From an uncultured Candidatus Saccharibacteria bacterium (lineage in GTDB: Bacteria > Patescibacteriota > Minisyncoccia > Minisyncoccales > PEYH01), in NCBI GenBank assembly GCA_964616145.1, contig CAZTRD010000007.1:1-47958 (forward strand): DNA of 47,958 bases, written 5' to 3'. The notes under the pieces were generated by a model. That model saw only the letters and a program-made list of their open reading frames with translations, did no database searches and had not been told where the DNA came from. Below, one piece after another: positions 8,886 to 16,888 of the stretch (its first letter is position 1; every line of letters starts with the position of its first letter). The position numbers and the translations under genes are program-made.

Positions 8886-8943
8886 CAACGTTTGCGAGGT
8901 CGCCTCAGTAACTGGGGGGCGATCTTTCGTTTCTATTAATGGA

Positions 8944-10440
8944 ATGTTAAAGTATACTATGATCAAAAAAATACTTTTTATCCTTCTGATATGTTTGTTT
9001 CTGCCAGTGATAGCATTGGCAGATGATTGGTATGTCAGGGATTTCAATACCCAGATTAATGTAAATCAAGATTCTTCTTTAGCTATTACAGAAAGAATAA
9101 CTGCAGATTGCGGAAATGCTTTAGGAAAACATGGAATATTCAGAGTTTTACCAACGAAGATGAATGTTGATGGAAAGCTGGTTAATATTCCAATCAAATT
9201 AATCTCAATAACTGATTTTAATGGAAATCCTATCAAATATTCTGTAATCAATAATTATTCTGATAATACGGTTACTTTTAAAATCGGAGATGCTAAAAAA
9301 ACAGTACAAGGAGTGAATTATTATCAAATAGTGTATTCTGTAAAGAATACTATTAGATTCTATGATTCATATGATCAATTGTATTGGAATCTAACAGGAA
9401 ACTTCTGGGAACTTAATATTGATAAATCTTTTGCAAGCATTATCTTCCCTGAAGAGATAAATGAAAACAATTCTAATACAAAGATTTTTATTGGAGAATT
9501 GGGGAGCCAAAATCTTTTAACAGGTATTTGGGAAAATAATGTTTTAAATGTTTCCAATAATACGATGCTTTATCCTAGACAGGGGATAAGCATAATGATA
9601 GATTTTCCTAAAGAGATATTTACTGCTTCAAAACTTACGTTTCTGGAAAAATATTCCAAAACCCTCGGGTATTTATGGCTCTTGATCCCAATATCAGTAT
9701 TTATCTTTTGTTTTTCCATTTGGAAAAAATATGGAAAAGAATATTCTATCTCAAAAACTATCACTCCCGAATTCGGTCCGCCTCAGGATTTGAGCCCGGC
9801 AGAAATCGGGCTGATATCAAACTTTGGAAAAGTGAGTGGAGCTGTAATTACTTCTACCATCATTAATTTAGCTACAAGAGAGATTTTGAAGATAGAAGAG
9901 ATTGATAGAAAATGGATGCTGGGAGGGAAAGATTACAAGCTTACTATAATAGATCAGGGAAAATTAAAAGAAGTCAGTCAGGCAGAGAAGATGATCATTG
10001 ATGAGATATTCTCGGGATATGATCCCGTACATATTTCTGCATTAAAACAGGACTTTAGGAAGAAATTGCCGAATTTGCAGAAGAAAATTCGGAATCTAAT
10101 GTATTCCCAAGGATTATTGGTGAACAATAAAAGAGTTAATGGTTTAATGAGCATTCCTTTTATTATTTTTATCATCCTCTGGATTATTTTAGGAAACATT
10201 AAGCCGAGAAATGAAACCATAGCTAGATTTGCTATTCTTGCAAGCTTTTTTATCTCCTTTATCTTCCTGATGTTTATGCCCAAGCGCACTCAAAAAGGAG
10301 CGGAATTAAATTGGCAGATAAAAGGGTTCAAGCTTTATATGGAAACCGCTGAAAAGTACAGACAGCAATTCTTTGAAAAAGAAAATATGTTTGAAAAACT
10401 ATTACCGTATGCAATTGTATTCGGAATAACTAAGATTTAG
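8944..10440 (+). CDS. DUF2207-type membrane protein, truncated by an in-frame TAG
   Basis: Signal peptide MIKKILFILLICLFLPVIALA, a large extracellular domain, TM segments and an LLPYAIVFGI motif. The likely start is ATG 8944 or 8959, not 8842. TAG at 10438-10440. Confidence 0.7.
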   Translation: MLKYTMIKKILFILLICLFLPVIALADDWYVRDFNTQINVNQDSSLAITERITADCGNALGKHGIFRVLPTKMNVDGKLVNIPIKLISITDFNGNPIKYSVINNYSDNTVTFKIGDAKKTVQGVNYYQIVYSVKNTIRFYDSYDQLYWNLTGNFWELNIDKSFASIIFPEEINENNSNTKIFIGELGSQNLLTGIWENNVLNVSNNTMLYPRQGISIMIDFPKEIFTASKLTFLEKYSKTLGYLWLLIPISVFIFCFSIWKKYGKEYSISKTITPEFGPPQDLSPAEIGLISNFGKVSGAVITSTIINLATREILKIEEIDRKWMLGGKDYKLTIIDQGKLKEVSQAEKMIIDEIFSGYDPVHISALKQDFRKKLPNLQKKIRNLMYSQGLLVNNKRVNGLMSIPFIIFIILWIILGNIKPRNETIARFAILASFFISFIFLMFMPKRTQKGAELNWQIKGFKLYMETAEKYRQQFFEKENMFEKLLPYAIVFGITKI

Positions 10441-10656
10441 TTAAAAAAGGTCGAGGCGATATATCAACAGGAAAACAAAACATTCTCCTATACCCCAATA
10501 TGGTTTACTGGAGCCAACTTTGCCTCTTTTGATATAGATAGTTTTACTAGTTCCTTAAACAGTATTTCTAGCAGCATTTCCAGTAGCACTGCTTCTGGAG
10601 GGGGAGCTGGTGGTTCGGGCGGAGGTGGAGGAGGTGGTGGTGGAGGAGGATGGTAA
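10441..10656 (+). pseudogene. In-frame continuation of the DUF2207-type gene (Ser-rich then poly-Gly-Trp tail)
   Basis: The same frame as 8944-10440 stays open for 71 codons after the TAG and ends ...SSTASGGGAGGSGGGGGGGGGGGW. This is the characteristic C-terminus of the family. Confidence 0.6.
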
Positions 10657-10667
10657 AAATATTGCAT

Positions 10668-10696
10668 AAAAAACCACCAAATGAAGGTGGTTTTTT
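10668..10696. terminator. Bidirectional Rho-independent terminator
   Basis: AAAAAACCACC-aaatgaa-GGTGGTTTTTT between convergent genes. Confidence 0.75.
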
Positions 10697-10712
10697 GATC
10701 TTTGATTATTTT

Positions 10713-11258
10713 TTAAAAACTTACCTCAACTCCGCTTTTTTGTTGGTCATTCAGCCAGAAATTAAAGGTAAAATTCATTGAGCTGTATTCTGCTGTAACA
10801 GGATTAGATTCATTTTTAATCTTAGCCCCCATTGTCTTTAAAGCTATCTTGAAGTTTTCTACATCTTCATCAGTGCAAGTCCTATTAAAAACATATACCA
10901 GCTTATTATCATCAGAAGAGATATTTAATTTCACATTATCTATAATTATTTCTTCTGGATTTGCCGGAGCAAGATTAAATATCATTTTTAATACAGGAAA
11001 TATTACTCCATCAACTACCTGGCTCTTGGCTCCTTGAGGTTCTGTGGATAAAGATTCATTGAAATATACTTGAGCCATTGGCAATGGCTCTGGAGATGTA
11101 TCTGTGGCATTTTCATTATTTAATGTTTCTTCTAGATTTTGATTTTCTTCCAATTTTATATTTACAGGAGTTTTCATGAAATACATGATATATATCAGAA
11201 CAGCTGCCAAAACAATTACAACTATTGTTATTATTATACTCTTTATTTTTGTTTTCAT
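10713..11258 (-). CDS. Membrane-anchored protein, unknown function
   Basis: 181 aa with an N-terminal TM anchor (IIITIVVIVLAAVLIYIMYF). No motif recognised. Confidence 0.55.
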   Translation of the reverse strand: MKTKIKSIIITIVVIVLAAVLIYIMYFMKTPVNIKLEENQNLEETLNNENATDTSPEPLPMAQVYFNESLSTEPQGAKSQVVDGVIFPVLKMIFNLAPANPEEIIIDNVKLNISSDDNKLVYVFNRTCTDEDVENFKIALKTMGAKIKNESNPVTAEYSSMNFTFNFWLNDQQKSGVEVSF

Positions 11259-11363
11259 ATTTTATCATTAATTGTATATACGTATTATATCAAAAAAGAA
11301 GGGAAAATTATATCCTTTCACTCCTTTATTCCTCTTCTCTTTAATGCTAGAATATTGATACAT

Positions 11364-11813
11364 ATGCAAAATCCAGAATTTAACATATTCATGCAAGAAG
11401 CCATCAGGGAAGCAAAGATTGGTTTGCAGCAAGGAGGCATCCCTATCGGCTCTGTCATGGTGAAAGATGGAAAAGTGATAGCCAAGGGGCATAACAAAAG
11501 AGTGCAGGAAGGAAGCCAGATTCTTCATGCAGAAATGGATTGTCTGCATAATGCCGGGAGAATGAAAAGCTTTAAAGATGTTACCCTGTATTCAACTTTA
11601 ATGCCTTGTTATATGTGTGCTGGAGCAATTGTAGAATTTGATATCAAGAAAGTTATTGTTGGAGAATCCGAAAACTTTTCCGGAGCCAGGGATTTAATGG
11701 AAGAGCATGAAATAGAAGTCATTGATCTGGATTTGGAAGAATGCAAAACAATGATGTCCGAATTCATCGCTAACAACCCCTCTTTATGGAAAGAGGATAT
11801 TGGAGAAGAATAA
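11364..11813 (+). CDS. Yeast (Fcy1)-type cytosine deaminase, CMP/dCMP deaminase fold
   Basis: HAE (LHAEMDC) and PCxxC (PCYMCAGAI) zinc motifs. GGIPIGS...GHNKR, TLYSTLMPC, VVGE-like, FI..NP..W.EDIGEE align by eye along the whole length with S. cerevisiae Fcy1. Start moved to ATG 11364. Confidence 0.75.
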   Translation: MQNPEFNIFMQEAIREAKIGLQQGGIPIGSVMVKDGKVIAKGHNKRVQEGSQILHAEMDCLHNAGRMKSFKDVTLYSTLMPCYMCAGAIVEFDIKKVIVGESENFSGARDLMEEHEIEVIDLDLEECKTMMSEFIANNPSLWKEDIGEE

Positions 11814-11825
11814 TTAAAATATCAT

Positions 11826-12557
11826 ATGAAGACAAACTACAAAATCATCCTAATAGTTCTCTTGATAATTATTCTTTTGGGAATAATTATCTGGCAGGCG
11901 ATAACCTGCAAGAGTAAGTGTGTGTCATCAGAAAAAACTGATGAATTCTGTACTCAGGCAGAAGCAAAAGATATTGCTAGGAATTGGATTTTAACTAATT
12001 CCTCTACGTATAAATTTGACGGATATGATTTGAATTATAAATCCGTGAAATTAATGAAATGCGTCAGTTGCTATCAGTATTCATATTCATTTAAAAGCAA
12101 ATACCCCGGATACGGGGATAGGACTGAAGTAGCTTTGACAGAAGATAAGACACCTCATATTATCACTATCAATATCCAGAAGGGGCAGATCATCGAAGCG
12201 ATTACTGACGGGAAATACGATGAGATTAAAATGGAATTATTGGGAGAAGGATTTAACGCTACTTCGTCTGGATCAGCAGCCCCAACTGCTATTGCCAATC
12301 CTGCTTCCACATACTGCAAACAACAAGGTGGAAGTATAGAGATAAGGGAATTTACAGACGGTCAGAAAGGATTTTGCGTATTTGAAGATGGTTCAGAATG
12401 CGAAGAATGGAAATTCTTCAGAAGAGAATGCTCTATGGGAAAATCATTCTGCCAGGATTTCTGCGGAGATGGGATTTGCCAGGAAATGGTATGCATGGCC
12501 GTGGGTTGTCCTTGCGCAGAAAATGTAAACAATTGCTTAATTGATTGCACTGAATAA
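11826..12557 (+). CDS. Secreted Cys-rich protein with DUF333-like module
   Basis: 243 aa with an N-terminal anchor. ANPASTYCKQQGG...GFCVFEDGSECEEWKFFRREC resembles DUF333. C-terminal CGDGICQE...C module. Confidence 0.6.
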   Translation: MKTNYKIILIVLLIIILLGIIIWQAITCKSKCVSSEKTDEFCTQAEAKDIARNWILTNSSTYKFDGYDLNYKSVKLMKCVSCYQYSYSFKSKYPGYGDRTEVALTEDKTPHIITINIQKGQIIEAITDGKYDEIKMELLGEGFNATSSGSAAPTAIANPASTYCKQQGGSIEIREFTDGQKGFCVFEDGSECEEWKFFRRECSMGKSFCQDFCGDGICQEMVCMAVGCPCAENVNNCLIDCTE

Positions 12558-12558
12558 T

Positions 12559-13473
12559 ATGCAAAAAATACGTTCTACTTTCCAAAAGATCAAAAAATTA
12601 GAAGTGCAGGGAGCTAGCGCTGTTGCTACAGCAATAGCCATATCTTTAAAGAACTATTCTTCAAGGATAGAGGCAAAGGATAAAAGAGGATTTATCAAGC
12701 AATTCAAGGAAGCGGCAGATCTTCTGTTGTCTTCCCGTCCTACTGAGCCGTTATCCTTTAATCTTGTAAAATATATTTTTCTTAAATTAAAGAAAGCAAA
12801 AAATGCAAAAGAATGCACATTGATTGTGAAAAAATCTGTTGATGATATTTTAAAAACCTTAGAGGAGAGCAGAAGAAAGATAGCAAGACATGGAGCAGAA
12901 TTGGTAAAGAATAATGATAATATTTTCACCCATTGCCATTCTTCTGTAGTAGAAGATATTTTAATCAGAGCCAAAAAATCAAAAAAGAAGTTTAATGTTT
13001 TTAATACGGAAACAAGACCTTTATTGCAGGGACATATTACCGCTAAAAATCTTTTAAAAGCGGGAATCTATGTAACTATGGTTACAGATGCTTCTGCCGG
13101 ATTTTTCATCTCAAGATTTTCTGATAGGGGATTAATGATGGATAAGGTGATAATCGGATGTGATGCCATGCTTTTGGACGGATCCTGCGTAAACAAGATT
13201 GGAAGCTTTGTGACTGCTTTGGCCGCTCACAATGAAAAAGAAAAAGTATATATCGCCGGATCATTATTGAAATTTCATCCAAAAAACTGGATTAAGATTG
13301 AAAAAAGACCGGCTAAAGAGATTTGGTCCAGCGCTCCGAAGAATTTAAAGATAATTAATCTTGCTTTTGATGTTATCCCTTCAGAATATATAGAGGGAAT
13401 AATCTGTGAAGCGGGAATAATTAAACCAAATCAGGTTGCCAGAAAAGCAAAAGAAATATATCCATGGCTGTAA
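12559..13473 (+). CDS. Ribose-1,5-bisphosphate isomerase (eIF-2B alpha/beta/delta family, e2b2)
   Basis: eIF-2B-like fold motifs (THCHSS, NTETRP..QG, VIIGCDA). The track starts at TTG 12541, but ATG 12559 lies just after the upstream stop. Overlaps rbcL by 10 nt. Confidence 0.75.
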   Translation: MQKIRSTFQKIKKLEVQGASAVATAIAISLKNYSSRIEAKDKRGFIKQFKEAADLLLSSRPTEPLSFNLVKYIFLKLKKAKNAKECTLIVKKSVDDILKTLEESRRKIARHGAELVKNNDNIFTHCHSSVVEDILIRAKKSKKKFNVFNTETRPLLQGHITAKNLLKAGIYVTMVTDASAGFFISRFSDRGLMMDKVIIGCDAMLLDGSCVNKIGSFVTALAAHNEKEKVYIAGSLLKFHPKNWIKIEKRPAKEIWSSAPKNLKIINLAFDVIPSEYIEGIICEAGIIKPNQVARKAKEIYPWL

Positions 13474-14687
13474 ATTCATACTTAAAATTAGGGCAGAAGC
13501 CGGATAAAACAGATATAGTGTCTGTTTTAAAAATGATTCCAGCCAAAGGAATTAGTTTTAAAGATTGCGTGCAGGAGATAGCCGGAGAATCGTCTGTCGG
13601 AACTTGGACAGAGATAAAAACATTGGATAAAAAGACATTTGATAAACTAGCTGCCAAGGTAATATATTTAAATGAAAAGGATGGAATTGCCAAGATTGCC
13701 TACCCGATTAGATTATTTGAAAAAGGAAATATATCCCAGTTATGGTCTACTATTGCTGGAAATATTTTCTCAATGAAAAAGATTCAGGATTTAAAACTTT
13801 TAGATGTAATTTTTCCAGATTCATATATCAATTCATTTCCGGGTCCACAATTCGGAGCAGAGGGGATAAGAAAGATGTATGGGATTAAGAGCAGACCAAT
13901 AGTCGGCTGCATCATTAAACCCAAAGTGGGGCTTTCTGCCAAAGAGACAGGAGATTTGGCATATGATGTTTTTGTAAATGGCGTTGATTTCATCAAAGAT
14001 GATGAAACTCTGACCAACATGACATTCTGTCCTTTTGAAGAAAGAGTCAGGGAGGTTGTTAAAGCTACCAAAAGAGCAGAAAAGATTACCGGAAAGAAAA
14101 AAATCTTTGCTTTTGATATTTCCGCTCCAACAGATATAATGAAAAAAAGAGCTAGATTTGTAAAGAAAACAGGAGGTAAATGCATAATGATAGACGTGGT
14201 TACTTGCGGATTAGCTTCCTTGCAAGATATCCGAAGCGATAAATACGGAATGATAATTCACGGCCACAGAGCGGGGCATGCCGCCTTTACCGATGATGTA
14301 TCAATGCTTGTGTTTGCTAAGTTCTGCCGGCTTTGCGGAGTAGATGAATTGCATACAGGCACTGTTGTCGGGAAAATGGAAGGAAGTAAAAAAGATGTGA
14401 TTGAAATTAACAGATTTTTGACTGGCAAATGGGGAAAATTAAAACCAGTCATGCCTGTTGCTTCCGGAGGTTTGCATCCCGGATTATCCTCTCAATTGAT
14501 CAAGATTCTTGGAAAGAATCTGATCGTTAATTTCGGAGGAGGAATACATGGTCATCCAAATGGATCTGAAGATGGAGCCAAAGCTGCCTTGCAATCAATT
14601 GAAGCCGCCAGTAAAGGAATTCCTTTAAATACATATGCCAAGAAGCATAGAGAATTAAAAATAGCATTAAAACATTTCAAAAAATGA
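13464..14687 (+). CDS. rbcL: RuBisCO large subunit, form III-like (II/III group)
   Basis: 407 aa. GVDFIKDDE (carbamyl-Lys motif), IIHGHRAGHAAF, SGGLHPG, FGGGIHGHPNG. No small-subunit gene and no phosphoribulokinase in the window. Confidence 0.9.
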   Translation: MAVNSYLKLGQKPDKTDIVSVLKMIPAKGISFKDCVQEIAGESSVGTWTEIKTLDKKTFDKLAAKVIYLNEKDGIAKIAYPIRLFEKGNISQLWSTIAGNIFSMKKIQDLKLLDVIFPDSYINSFPGPQFGAEGIRKMYGIKSRPIVGCIIKPKVGLSAKETGDLAYDVFVNGVDFIKDDETLTNMTFCPFEERVREVVKATKRAEKITGKKKIFAFDISAPTDIMKKRARFVKKTGGKCIMIDVVTCGLASLQDIRSDKYGMIIHGHRAGHAAFTDDVSMLVFAKFCRLCGVDELHTGTVVGKMEGSKKDVIEINRFLTGKWGKLKPVMPVASGGLHPGLSSQLIKILGKNLIVNFGGGIHGHPNGSEDGAKAALQSIEAASKGIPLNTYAKKHRELKIALKHFKK

Positions 14688-16192
14688 AAAATGGAAATTT
14701 TCTTTTGAAAGCCAAGATAGTTGATATATCTGCCAGAGTAGCTACAGGAGTGGTTTTAATCAATCGCAGCGATTGCGATAGGTATAGTATAAAGCCGGGG
14801 AGCAATGTAGCTATGCATATCAAGAACCAGACAATTACAGTGCATGTGGATATCACAGACAGCTTGATTAAGAAAGGAGAGGTTGGCATTTTTAAGGACT
14901 TGGGAGCCAAATACAGAATATATAACGGAGAAGCATTAGAATTCTCTTTAGTGGGGATTGGCAAGCCAAAATCCTTGGAAGCAATACAAAAGAATATGCT
15001 TGGCCATGATTTAAGCTATGCAGAGATGAAAGCCATCGTTTCAGATATTGTTGACAGGAAATTGAATGATGTAGCCATAGCATTCTTTGTCTCCTCATCA
15101 TTTTTAGGCCAGATTTCTCCTAAAGAGCTCTTTTACCTTACCAAAGCAATGGTAGAAACGGGTAAAAGGATATCTTTCCCTGGCATTGTGGTGGACAAAC
15201 ATTCAATTGGAGGACTATGCGGAAACGAAACAACTCCAGTAATTGTTCCAATAGTTGCAAGTTTTGGAGTATATATTCCAAAGACCTGTTCCAGAGCCAT
15301 TACTTCCGCTTCTGGAACAGCTGATACTTTTGAAGTATTGGCTCCAGTATCTTTTACTGACGAGGAATTGAAAAGAATTGTAATGAAAACAAAAGGCTGT
15401 ATTATCTGGGGAACAGGAGACATCACTCCTTCCGATGCCATTATTCTTGATGTGGCTTCTCAGCTTTTGATAGAATCATTTCCAAAGATGGTAGCCAGCA
15501 TTATCGCTAAAAAGGTGGCTCTGGGAGTAAAATATCTTGTCATTGATATTCCGGTGAATAAATCGGCAAAGATAAAGAACGTGGCTGATGGCAAAAAACT
15601 GGAAAAAGTATTTATTGATGTCACAAAACAGTTTGGAATTAAAACAATTGTATCTTTAAATCCTGTTACCGGGCCTATCGGAAGAGGAATAGGGGCAGCT
15701 TTGCAGATCAGAGATGATTTAAAGGTATTGGAACAACAGCCAGATAGGCCAATGGACTTGCAGAACAGAGCTGTCTATCTGGCAGGAATAATTCTTGAAA
15801 TGTCTGGAGCGGTTCCCAAAGGACAAGGAAGAAAAGCAGCTCTGGAAACATTAGTTTCAGGAAGAGCTTTGATGAAGATGAAAGCGATAATTGCTGCCCA
15901 GGGAGGAAAGCCAGACATTACTTCAAAAGATATCAAATTGGCCAAGAAGAAATATGATCTGAAAGCAAATATTTCCGGGACAATTAAATCAATAGACAGC
16001 GTCAACCTTTCTGAAATATGCAGAATTCTTGGCTCGCCTTTTATCAAATCAGCTGGGATATATTTTGAGAAGAAAATGGGAGACAAGATATCAAAAGGAG
16101 ACATTCTTTGCACCCTGTATTCCACTACTGATTTCAGGATAGAGCTGGCCATAAAAACATTAAAAGAAAAACCAATATTTGAAATCAATTAA
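14684..16192 (+). CDS. deoA: AMP phosphorylase (thymidine phosphorylase family with N-terminal extension)
   Basis: 502 aa. DKHSIGG, TSASGTADT and an alpha/beta core plus the ~85-aa N-terminal domain typical of archaeal AMP phosphorylases. ATGA overlap with rbcL. Confidence 0.8.
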   Translation: MKNGNFLLKAKIVDISARVATGVVLINRSDCDRYSIKPGSNVAMHIKNQTITVHVDITDSLIKKGEVGIFKDLGAKYRIYNGEALEFSLVGIGKPKSLEAIQKNMLGHDLSYAEMKAIVSDIVDRKLNDVAIAFFVSSSFLGQISPKELFYLTKAMVETGKRISFPGIVVDKHSIGGLCGNETTPVIVPIVASFGVYIPKTCSRAITSASGTADTFEVLAPVSFTDEELKRIVMKTKGCIIWGTGDITPSDAIILDVASQLLIESFPKMVASIIAKKVALGVKYLVIDIPVNKSAKIKNVADGKKLEKVFIDVTKQFGIKTIVSLNPVTGPIGRGIGAALQIRDDLKVLEQQPDRPMDLQNRAVYLAGIILEMSGAVPKGQGRKAALETLVSGRALMKMKAIIAAQGGKPDITSKDIKLAKKKYDLKANISGTIKSIDSVNLSEICRILGSPFIKSAGIYFEKKMGDKISKGDILCTLYSTTDFRIELAIKTLKEKPIFEIN

Positions 16193-16196
16193 AAAT

Positions 16197-16442
16197 ATGT
16201 TTGATAAATTGAAACAATTGTCTCAGTTAAAGGAAATGGAAGCCAAGATGAAAGAAGAAAAGACAACAGTGGAGAACAACGGAGTAAAGATAGTGATAAA
16301 TGGGAAGTTCGAAACAGAAGAAGTAATTTTAAATCCTCAATTAAGCATAGAAGAGCAGCAAAGAATCATTAAGGATTCTTTAAATGAGGCAGTCAGGAAA
16401 ATACAGATGTCTATGGCTCAGAAGTTTTCCGGATTGTTTTAA
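16197..16442 (+). CDS. ybaB: YbaB/EbfC family nucleoid-associated protein
   Basis: MFDKLKQLSQLKEM...NGVKIVINGKFE...IIKDSLNEA pattern. ATG 16197 is preferred over TTG 16179. Confidence 0.7.
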   Translation: MFDKLKQLSQLKEMEAKMKEEKTTVENNGVKIVINGKFETEEVILNPQLSIEEQQRIIKDSLNEAVRKIQMSMAQKFSGLF

Positions 16443-16498
16443 TGCTTGACTAAGGTTTTGGCAGTGCTACGATTAAAGAATAATTAATATTTAATACT

Positions 16499-16561
16499 AT
16501 GTGCGGGGATTCGCAAGGCAGAGGAGATACATGTGGGTTAAATGGTGATATCGGGATATAA
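16499..16561 (+). CDS. Micro-ORF 1, MCGDSQGRGDTCGLNGDIGI (20 aa)
   Basis: ATG-TGC-GGG-GAT-TCG encodes the same MCGDS as micro-ORF 3 with three synonymous third-base differences. TTGACT-16-TACGAT promoter-like sequence at 16446-16473. Confidence 0.45.
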   Translation: MCGDSQGRGDTCGLNGDIGI

Positions 16562-16589
16562 TCAATTTTTATAATTAAACTTTAAAAAT

Positions 16590-16739
16590 ATGGCAGAAAC
16601 AGCAGTTGGTCGTGGAGAATCAGCAGAAGGTCTAAAAGGGCCAGGAGATGGAGGTGGTTTAATGCTAGGGCCCAAAGAAAGCGGATTGAAGGGCGGAGAT
16701 CAAATAGGAGGTTTAAGAGGGGATGATGGTGGAGTTTAA
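16590..16739 (+). CDS. Micro-ORF 2, Gly-rich 49-aa peptide
   Basis: Preceded by the same 24-nt leader repeat as micro-ORFs 3 and 4. Product MAETAVGRGESAEGLKGPGDGGGLMLGPKESGLKGGDQIGGLRGDDGGV. Confidence 0.4.
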   Translation: MAETAVGRGESAEGLKGPGDGGGLMLGPKESGLKGGDQIGGLRGDDGGV

Positions 16740-16767
16740 AATATATTTATAATTAAACTTTAAAAAT

Positions 16768-16812
16768 ATGTGTGGAGATTCAGTAATGTTCAATGGAGAG
16801 ATATCCGCTTAA
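16768..16812 (+). CDS. Micro-ORF 3, MCGDSVMFNGEISA (14 aa)
   Basis: Preceded by the 24-nt leader repeat. In-frame TAA lies 21 nt upstream of the ATG. Confidence 0.45.
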   Translation: MCGDSVMFNGEISA

Positions 16813-16838
16813 TTCTTTTATAATTAAACTTTAAAAAT

Positions 16839-16886
16839 ATGTGTGGAGATTGGGTAGGATTTGCGCCAGATGATCATGGCCCATAA
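16839..16886 (+). CDS. Micro-ORF 4, MCGDWVGFAPDDHGP (15 aa)
   Basis: Preceded by the 24-nt leader repeat. Followed by the terminator at 16889-16916. Confidence 0.45.
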   Translation: MCGDWVGFAPDDHGP

Positions 16887-16888
16887 AA

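Larger units (their letters stand above)
16569..16851 (+). repeat. Three direct copies of TTATAATTAAACTTTAAAAATATG leader module
   Basis: Copies at 16569-16592, 16747-16770 and 16818-16841. The last two extend to 34 nt (through ATGTGTGGAGATT). Each contains TATAAT 14 nt before the ATG. Confidence 0.9.

Noticed and set aside
8842-8943. Upstream extension of the DUF2207-type ORF into block B
   Set aside because: The extension overlaps the end of the block B ORF and its hairpin. A canonical signal peptide begins only at the internal Met residues (8944 or 8959).
10438-10440. Genome-wide TAG reassignment as the explanation for the interrupted DUF2207 gene
   Set aside because: TAG ends uvrA (30883-30885), the 315-722 ORF and the small ORF at 27114-27116 at positions consistent with full-length products. 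A local TGG-to-TAG change is the simpler explanation.
10560-10656. Ser/Gly-rich low-complexity DNA as a separate tandem-repeat or independent gene
   Set aside because: It is in frame with, and is the family-typical C-terminus of, the upstream DUF2207-type gene.
11139-11363. Long N-terminal extension of the deaminase ORF
   Set aside because: It encodes low-complexity Tyr/Asn/Ile-rich sequence, overlaps the 5' end and promoter region of the divergent gene 10713-11258, and the Fcy1 homology begins at Met 11364.
16569-16851. The repeated 24-34-nt units could be a small CRISPR array
   Set aside because: There are only three copies, and the units are AT-rich and non-palindromic. Each ends in an ATG that opens an ORF, the intervening spacers differ greatly in length (45-150 nt) and are coding, and no cas genes are in the window.
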